In this document: in pieces, positions 55,180-64,000 of the stretch
How the letters are laid out: the number at the start of each line of letters is the position of its first letter
How positions within the stretch are numbered: position 1 is the stretch's first letter
Assembly (NCBI GenBank): GCA_040954595.2
Contig: CM082576.2
Span: 5,802,760-5,866,759, forward strand
Reading direction: 5' to 3'
DNA length: 64,000 nucleotides
From: Balanoglossus misakiensis
Taxonomy: Eukaryota; Animalia; Hemichordata
Made by a program: the position numbers and the translations under genes
Notes under the pieces: model-generated
Told to the model about the DNA's origin: nothing
Databases searched by the model: none
Seen by the model: the letters and a program-made list of their open reading frames with translations, nothing else

Positions 55180-57907
55180 TTAATCAGTGCAGATGTCTGA
55201 AATAGCCACTTAGGCCGTATATATCTCCATGCGAAAATACGAATTGAACAATAATTTCCACCGAGACCGCAGAACGCCCAGAAATGACGAAATATGCACT
55301 GACAGAGAACTATATAGAAACTAGAACATTCTTGTTAGGAATTTCAACACTTGATTTAATTGAAATTAACAAGCCGCTCTGTGTGATACGTAGTTTTTAG
55401 TTTTCGAGATTTAGTGAATTTAAAAAAAATCAAACTCATGAGTGTGAGCATATGGGAAATTCTGGGACGGCGCTTAATACATCCTGCTGAGATTTAATAA
55501 ACCAGAAAATCGATCCGTTTGAATTCGTTTGGCGATGCGTCACCATTGTAGCGTGGTCTGTTTTCCACGCACGCAAGACGTAATCCAAGAGATTAAGGGC
55601 ATTGAAAACAGGACGATTTAAGCCGTTAAATTAAATGTATATTCCGTGTTGCAGAAAGACGTATATTCGCAACACTTATCGGTACAAGAAAAGCCTTCGG
55701 AGTCTTCACTGTTTTCGCTGAGTATAATCAGGCCTGGAGTATAATGGAATTATTGCTCGATACAAAATGGCGAGCGCCCTGGTTAATTTGTGCTGGGCTA
55801 TACAACTCCAGATTAGGTACAAAGTCGTCTTCACTCATCTCAGACTCGTCGTAATTTTATTACTGTATAATGCCCGCATACATATCCTCCTTATTAAGTC
55901 CAATCTACGTGGAACTTACTAAATCTTGTATTAGGTATCGGTGGAATTTCATTTCCGACTTACCTCGTTCTTGTAAAGGACCTTAATAGGAAAGAGACGA
56001 CGAGGGTGACCTTGCTCGGGGTTGAATGCACTTGAAAGGGCTAATCACTCTTAAAAATTGGACCCGAATGCAGAAAAAGCATACATGATACAAAAAAACA
56101 GACACAAGTGTGTATATGTGTAGATAATTTTATTCGATGTCTTTGCAAATACACATAACAGAAGGTATGACACACAAGAGAATTCATGATCATCAATATG
56201 CCAGATATCGTTAAAACTAAACCGAGAATGTATATCAATGTAATAATAAAAGTACTAATTTTTTGTACTAAAGTAATTAAAACTAGAGTAAATACCATCT
56301 TAACAATGCCTCGCGCGTGACGTAGTTAAAGCACTGTGACGTAATATATAAATCTTCACAAGTGTAATTTTGTACGTATACTTTCCCACACAAAAGTTAT
56401 CAAAATATCAATTATTTGAGACTTTATATAATTCCTTATGCATAGTATACATTGTCTTAACCTGAATTCATCTATTTGTAAAATCCCAGTCTCTTTGAAG
56501 TAAATGTTGATACCAATCATACCAAAATTACATGTTTGCATTTCCCTTTTTAAATAAACATGTAGACACGATGGTGAGAGAGAAAAGACAAGTCAACACA
56601 CCCAACCTATCACTGCGGAAATTTAGATTTCTTAACAGGAAAACGGAATATATTTATCAGTCGTGCCCTTATCACTTACTCACAGTTCTCAGCGCGTGGA
56701 AAAATTGCGCGGAAAGTTCTCTGTTCTTCTCTTGGAATGTTCTCGTCTCATTCCGGTTCGAAATCACGAAAGGCGTCATCCTGCCATTCCTGGTGGGACC
56801 AAATTTGCACGTTTCTCACCTCACACGTTACGTTGATGTGGTTTTATCACAATTGAATCACGATTCTTAAGTGAAGCTGGTGGACCAGGCCAGGCGGACT
56901 GGTGCAATGACATCGATGACAAAAAATAGATTGCTTCCAATCAAATATTACAATGTTGGTATTCGTAAGACCGATTGTAATACTCTATATATAATATGAT
57001 TTTTTTTTTAAAAGAGGAAATATCCTCCACCTTGTTGACGGGAAATGGCGATCGATTCCAATAAATGCATTCGACTCAGTACCCAGGCCCAGCATAGATG
57101 CTGACCAATATGAAGGCAGAATGTCAAAGTGCGTGATTAAAAATACTTATCGGGAAATACGGAGATAAAAGATAGTACCGGGTCGCGAGAACAATAAAAG
57201 CATTGGACAGAATGGACGTTCTTTCAATTGGATCTCATTATATTTGTATTCTTCAACAAAGGGGAATGTTTTCTAATATCTTGTTATCAGTACGAACGGT
57301 ACGATTTGTATGATAGGAAATATTGACATATTCACATTATAAAACAGTTTTCAGTGTCGCAGTAGATCGTACAACACTTCAATTAGTCGATGCGTGTTGA
57401 CAGACGAGTAGCATCTCATACAACAGCTGATGCCGCCAATATCATGTCAGAAGAAAGCTATGCATTCTTATAGGAAATTAAGTTTTTATGTATACATATA
57501 CACAACCCACATATTTGAAAAAAATCACCCGCGTTACAAATGCATTCAATACATAAATATTGCCCATGTCTTTTCAGTTAGTGTGACTTGTCGACTGCTG
57601 ATTGAGATAAGTCTCTATAGGGTTTTCGATCTTTTGCTTCGTTTCATGGCGTGTCCGTCTGGGAACACTTTGGTTGTTTTCGTATTCATTCGAAAGAATA
57701 TAGGCACCTATTCTGTGTATAGTCAGCACCATTTGGAGTACGTCATCGCGAACATTCAGCCTTCCTTGCCGACCACAGTAAACATGCCCCGCACACGTTT
57801 TAAACCTACAACGGTCTTTCTGTGTCCCTGTGTCCGTGAAGTGTACTTTGTTGCAGCCGGGAAGGAAGGGAATTCATCAGTGCCGCGGTAACAAGTTTCC
57901 CCGCTTC

Positions 57908-60079
57908 CTACGCCTGGCCGTTCCTGACTGTGTATTTCTTCAGCTTTCGCAAACTCCTCTGCTGTTGCCTGTTCGTGTCTTTGTTTTCCAATGCACACCT
58001 TGTCATGTTGGTCTTCATGTGATAAATGATGAGGTCAAACAAATCGGTCCATGCACTTTCGATCTCCTCGGTCCAGTGATCTTGTAACGTTGGCTGTATG
58101 GCGCGAATAAATTGCGGTCCAAACAACTGTAAAGATAGAGTCACAATCGCAATGAAATCTCGCTATAGTCATATTCATCGCCTTTCTGCTATTTACATCA
58201 ATTACATTTTATCTGCGCCACAAATAATAATGATTCTCAGTCACGCATTTTGGATTAGTTGGAATGTACCGATAAGTAGATTCTGAGTCCGGAAGACGAG
58301 TCCTTGAACTGTACAAAATGTATGAAATATTCAAGACGAAACTGGTTCTATCTGGAATGTATGCATGGAATATTACGATATTGAAATTTCAGCATTTTAT
58401 CGCAAGGTTGCATCCACGCAATGCTAGAGTGGTCCACGCCTTATTCAAGAGGTTATACGCTACTGAAGTTTCACTTTTCACTACAGAATATAGACAAAGA
58501 CGTAACCCTGGCAATAAGAAAAATGGTGGCCAAAATGGCGTATCTGAGTTTTCTAAAGAACATATGGTGGCGCTGTCATTTCGCGTGTGCCACCCAGTGA
58601 AATCGGTGATGAGCTAAATCTCAATTTGTCATGGTAACCGGTAGCCAAACTTGTGTTCTTTGACTGTCATCAACAAATGCCAAACATCGCTTTTGTGCAC
58701 GAATCAGTTTGCCCAAGAATTTGGAAAGTACACAGACGAATAACTCGTTTTCTTTCCCGCGACCAGCTGATTCACACGTTCACATGAATTCACCGGGCAT
58801 CCCAATGGTTTGCTGATTGAGCGAACAATATATTTTTATGGATGGGATCTGCTGTTTGGTTGATTAGGACTAAATTGGTCAATGTACCGACCGACTGATT
58901 GATTGGTTGGTTGGTCGGTTAGATGATTTGTTTGAAATGAGGGGGGGGGGGTAACGAGCGAGCGAGAAATGTGGGCGTTCTCGTATATTTTATCGAATAT
59001 CAAGTCATTTGCAATATCATCTTTAATACTAAAAATAATGCACAAGTTAGATGGGCAATCAATCTGGCGTAAATATTGGCTTCTACATAAGCGTCACATA
59101 ATTTTAGTTACACCACATAGATATGTTGGCAACTCATGAGAAAACAGTGTAAATGGGAAATCACAAAGAACAGCCAAAATGGCTAAATATAATCCAAGGT
59201 TAAAAGCACTTCAAAATGTCGTTGCAAGTGAACTCTGTCCTCAAGAAGACAGTGTAAATTATTTGCTGTAGGGATGAAACCTAAAATTCAATGTAATTGC
59301 TTCATTTTTTTTTTTGGGGGGGGGGAGTCGTCTCCACAATTTGATCCGACAAATCGATATAGCGAAAAATAAAAACATGTGCAGAAGCCGCTGAAATGCG
59401 TGATGTCAGTTGAAGTTGAAACTCAGCGTGTAGGCGTTTTACATAGCGACTGCGCGCGACCCATTAAAAAGAGCTTCGCGGTAAGTTCAATATCAACACG
59501 GATTTTATGGGGGTGAGGGAAATTAAAAAAATATGCTTTTTTTTATCCGGCATTGAACTTTTGACGTCGCCACGAAAATTGTGTTTTCAAGGTAACAAGG
59601 TGTCTCGTCAACAAACCAGGTAATGCATAGTCAATATATCGTCATTTATGCTAATTTTCCAGCATGAAAAATCGCCGTTGATTTTTCACATCGTTGCATT
59701 AAGAGCTCAGAAACTGCGTCAGTGTAGTTAATGTGTTGTTATTAAGTTCGCCCTGACACTTGCATTACTGAAATTAAAAAAAAATAACTTTATGGGCACA
59801 TGTTATCATCAATATAAACCCGGAAGACCTTTAAGATAAAGTTTTATACTTACGTCTACCAGGTCCGGTGTCGCACCGTATCTGACATGTTTCTCGGCCA
59901 ATAACTTAAGGAGTTCCTCAATTTTATCGTCGTTGTGAATTCTAGCGAGTACTCTCTCTACGACGGCCATAACTCGAAGCCCATGCGCCTTCAACTCTGA
60001 ACTCCACCTGAGATCATCTCGTTTGAGTTCCTTGAATGGCAGGAAGGATTCTTTGCATTCCGGGTGATTTTCAAACACT
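57908..60079 (-). CDS. Globin X-like globin, last two coding exons (5' exon(s) not located in the window)
   Basis: Exon 60079-59854 VFENHPECKESFLPFKELKRDDLRWSSELKAHGLRVMAVVERVLARI..LAEKHVRYGA (CD1 Phe, distal E7 His, proximal F8 His); exon 58126-57908 LFGPQFIRAIQPTLQDHWTEEIESAWTDLFDLIIYHMK..; phases fit B12.2 and G7.0 introns. HPECK and ELxAHGLRVM are globin X hallmarks. Confidence 0.88.
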
Positions 60080-61252
60080 CTGGTGGAGAATCAAAAAAAC
60101 TATAGTTATTCGGATGACACGTTTCACATTGACCCGGCAAATAACTGTACAAATAACTACATAGCTGTACAAAATAACTACATAACTGGATCGTTGCCCC
60201 TGTGATACGCTGTAACATCGGCGATACTACGAATTTGACTCTGAGGCATACCGAATGTACACAGAATAGGCGCCTATTACGAAAACAACCAAGTGTTCTC
60301 AAAAGACACTCCATGTACACGTGTACGTAATATATATGTGACGTCAATATTGACCGCCAGCATTGCAGCCATAGCTCGACATGAAGCCTTTAAAAAACAT
60401 CACGACCGAAAAACTGTTTTCTCTACCGTACGCCAACGCACACCCCAGATTGCAATGTTTGTTTAGCACAGACTTTGGTACAATTCCAATGATATACTTT
60501 AGATGATTCGCACGTCTTCCAGATTCAATAGTTTCAAGTGTACCAGGATGCGAACATTTCATGCAGTTGTATGCATTAAAAAATAGACGTCTATGGCGAA
60601 CTTTTGACATATTTTTAGTTTTTTTCCTCTAGGAGTAAAATGTAAATTGTGTCACAGAAACCCACCTTGTGCATGTTTTTTTTTTTCACGTTTATGTCAT
60701 CACAGTCATTTTCAATTCACGAAATGATTATTCCAGTGGCTTCATGAATAGCCGTCATGGTGGTGCTATTATTTGAAGGCAATGATGTTTTTAAATTTAC
60801 ACCAAATAGGAGATTTCCGAAGTTTTCTGCACATTGCATGGTGAAGGGCGTATAAGAATTTGTTTCCATGGTAATGGAATTGGCCGGTAACTGTGGTTAC
60901 AGTGAATTAAAATTTGAATTCAAAGAGGTACCTTATTATTACCGCATTTTAAATGGGAATCCCTCTCAAGCGAAGACATATACATACATAGAGGAAGTTG
61001 AAATTGAAAGAACCCAGAAAGAAAATACGTCAATCCAGTTCAAACTGCGTCAGTGGCGAGTGATATTTTGTAAATGTCAATACCATTAGACCCTGAAAAC
61101 AACCAAGAAGTCCAAGAAAGTAATAATGCTCACGTCGGGTGTTCTGAATGGGTGAGAGTGGCCTTCTTCCCTAGAAACGTCCTTTACATCAATATATCAA
61201 TCTCCTAAAATTAAAATTATAGGAAGTACTGTTTTGGATGCGAAGGTTGGCA

Positions 61253-62047
61253 TGTAGCAACAAGTCAGTGGTGTTTCTTATTTGTTTTGTTTCGTGGCCA
61301 GGTGCACCTATGTTAATTTCTTTATTTAACATATTAACGTGACCAGGTGTTAGTTTTTAGTCGTATAAAAGCCACCCAGTGCCACGTTGTCGTGTGGCTC
61401 ATATTGATTCTGGTCTGGTAGCTGTGCCGTCGCCTTGGAGGAGTTTTGGAGTCCACCGTACGGAGTGCCTGTTTACTGTGGTAGCTGAGGATTGGAACTG
61501 CCGAAGAGACTGGTGAAGCCGTGGTGGATGTTTTCGAGGACGCCGCGTGGGATTTGGGAGCCGTCCTGAGGGAGCGCGTCTCCGTGTCACTGTGGAACTG
61601 TATTTGAGGTAATACGTGGCTGTCTGTGGACTACACGGTGGATATGCAGTTTGAGGTAATACGTGGCTGTCTCTTTTGTACCCCGGCGTAAAACGGACAG
61701 AAAGGCTGTGCGTCGAGTGAAACGCCAGTATCGTCGTGCGTCGAGACGCCGAACTGTTTGTGAGACTTTGAACTGGTTAGGAATTTTGTTTGGTCACCTG
61801 GTCACGCTCGTTAGTTTAGTTTGTACTTTATTGTAAATATTAGTTAACATATTTGTGAAATTTACTCGTATCTGTAATTAAATTAACACTGGAAATAGAC
61901 TGGTTTGTCGTACGTGTGCTGTCTTTGACCATTTCTTTTGCTGCGGCCTGTTGGTCGGTTCGGGTGTAAAACAAGCCACCCGGTCAGGTAAATTGACCTC
62001 TCTATTCTCCGCATATTTTTGGCTCGAACGGCCTGCGGGTCGTAACA
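61253..62047 (+). mobile_element. Probable solo LTR (~795 bp) in the globin intron
   Basis: TGT..CGTAACA ends, TATAAAA at 61364, GC-richer core, internal 23 bp direct repeat TTTGAGGTAATACGTGGCTGTCT, ATTAAA at ~61876. No clean TSD seen. Confidence 0.45.
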
Positions 62048-64000
62048 GGTGTAAACAATATGGATGGCTCGTGATAATTATGTAGACAGTGCGATGGGCG
62101 TTATTTAGCTCCATTTATCGCATGCTGATTGCTGTAGGTGAACGAAAAATCGCCATTTGCATACGCCTGGAGCATTATGCTGAGATAACGTCAGATCATA
62201 CATAGGGTCAAGAGCGTCAAAATGATGAAAGACATCACTAGGATGGTGACGTGCCTTTTTGATTAATAAATAAGTTAAACATGCTCATTTAATGTCTCTA
62301 TTGCAATTTCACTTCTCCATCTGCAATCTACTGAATGATTACCGATTCAAGGCACACTAACTTCTCATATACCAGGGGTTGCGAGTTATAAATAGACAAA
62401 TATTTCATCACCGTTGCGATAATTGCATCTCCGACGGGAAGTATTCAGTTCATGTGCATACAGAAACCCCAAGTACTCTCATCAAACACAATTACATTTC
62501 TCAGTGCATCTTAATGTCATGTGTGAGCGATCGATCCCGAAGTTCTGTATTCACCCACTCGGTCTTTTGTTCTGTTTGTATTCGTGTGAGACTGCATTAC
62601 TCCTTGACAAATCTTCGACATGTCTCTGGGTATCTCCACAAATGTCAATAACCACTTCTGATTCGAGAACGTGGTGTGGAGAGAGGTCGGGACATCTGCA
62701 AGGGTGTCAACGAGTGCATCGATCAAACTCTCGACTTTCCCCGAGGCTCAATGTGACGCCATGCGCATTATGTCGAGTGAACGCAATTATCATATTAATT
62801 AAGAGTTATATCTGATCAAGGATTTGTCTTAATAACCGCGCTCAACATTGTTCATTTTTGTCGCAAGTGACGGATTTCGTGCTCGAAGCGAGTTAACTCT
62901 CCACTCGTCCACTGTCTATACATTATACGCCTGTGCACCTTGTTATACGGCAAACATTGAACATTAGATGCCAGTTGCTATGTGAAGTCTTATGGCATCA
63001 TAGCCCGGCATCAATTAAGCCATTCCGAATTCATTTACGTTTGGTGTACTGAAGCAAACAGTTAATCGACAGTCTTCTTTCGTTATCGACACGCGTTGAC
63101 ATTAAAACATAGTTGATCCGTGGAGTGATATCAAAGTCATTAAAAGTGACGATAAGATAACAAAATTGTTCACTACCCATGCACTAAGTAGCTGTAGTAT
63201 TTAAAAACATGAGAAACGTGAGTACGTACATTTTACTTGTCTATAACCCATTTATCAAAATGACCCATATTGAATTTGACTATACGTGAGTATTGAGTTT
63301 TGCGATTTCGATGATAATGGAAATTACAGACGGTATATTTAGCTATGCGAGGATAGAATTTCATCTTTGATCATTATCAATAATTGCATGGAATCGACTA
63401 ACTACGTTGCGTTTTAAAGGACAGCTTTCAATCACATGTCAATCCTTGTAATGATGAATGAAGAAAAGTAGTTGTACCGTTAGTGTTCACATGAAACAGT
63501 ACACCAAGTTTTGGCTATTTTAAAGTTTCCGCTATTAGACGAATGGTTGATTTCCGAATGGAATGACTCGAAAACATCATGATGCAGCATGCAGGAAATA
63601 TCATTTTGCGAACTGAAACAGTCCAGTGTTTACAACGCTCTATACATTTCCAATTATAGCAGAGGCATCATACGTTGCATGGTTGTACAGGCAAAACATG
63701 GAATGAAAAGGCAAATTTCCTGAATTTTGATTTCAATCCATGCTTCGTTTCTTGATTCATAATTTTTCCAGAAATCCGACACGGCGACTATATACCAAAA
63801 GGTGGATGTAAGCCCGCTTTGGAAATCACCTTTTGCGCATGCGGGCTTGCCACGTTGCATACAGTAAATCAGTCAACTGAAAGCGGAATCACGCCGGGAA
63901 TATTTGATCTTTTCAAGATAATTCCTGGCTTGAAAGAAAACATCACATTCCAGACCAGAGAAGAAATTAAAGTTTGACCCACACTGCAAAAGGACGACCC

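Noticed and set aside
60080-64000. Search for the first coding exon of the globin (MGC.., A/B helices)
   Set aside because: No convincing candidate seen; probably beyond the window end.

Overview
Intron-rich, AT-rich eukaryotic (animal, probably marine invertebrate; species cannot be determined here) genomic DNA. Almost all long ORFs in the supplied track are artefacts of simple repeats; the real genes are split into short GT-AG exons, which I assembled by hand. In order: (1) a type I membrane protein with signal peptide, 4 CUB domains, LDLa, TM and short tail (+, 1781-11260), with a 3.8 kb degenerate GT array in an intron; (2) a secreted proteinase K/aqualysin-type S8A subtilase (-, 12312-16470) with a probable 6-Cys C-terminal module; (3,4) a head-to-head pair of SLC5 (SMCT/NIS-like) Na+:solute symporter paralogs; (5,6) two near-identical M14A carboxypeptidase genes from a recent 5.7 kb tandem duplication, the second with Ala in place of the carboxylate-binding Arg145; (7) a ~5 kb array of ~526 bp palindrome-bearing repeats with Pol III A/B-box-like motifs; (8) a third, divergently transcribed M14A carboxypeptidase; (9) the 3' exons of a globin X-like gene. 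Mobile DNA includes a Helentron-type non-autonomous element, a TTAA-flanked Kolobok-like element, an L2 LINE 3' end, LTR-like pieces and two double-hairpin elements. Residue numbers for bovine CPA and human NIS come from manual alignment to remembered reference sequences and need confirmation.
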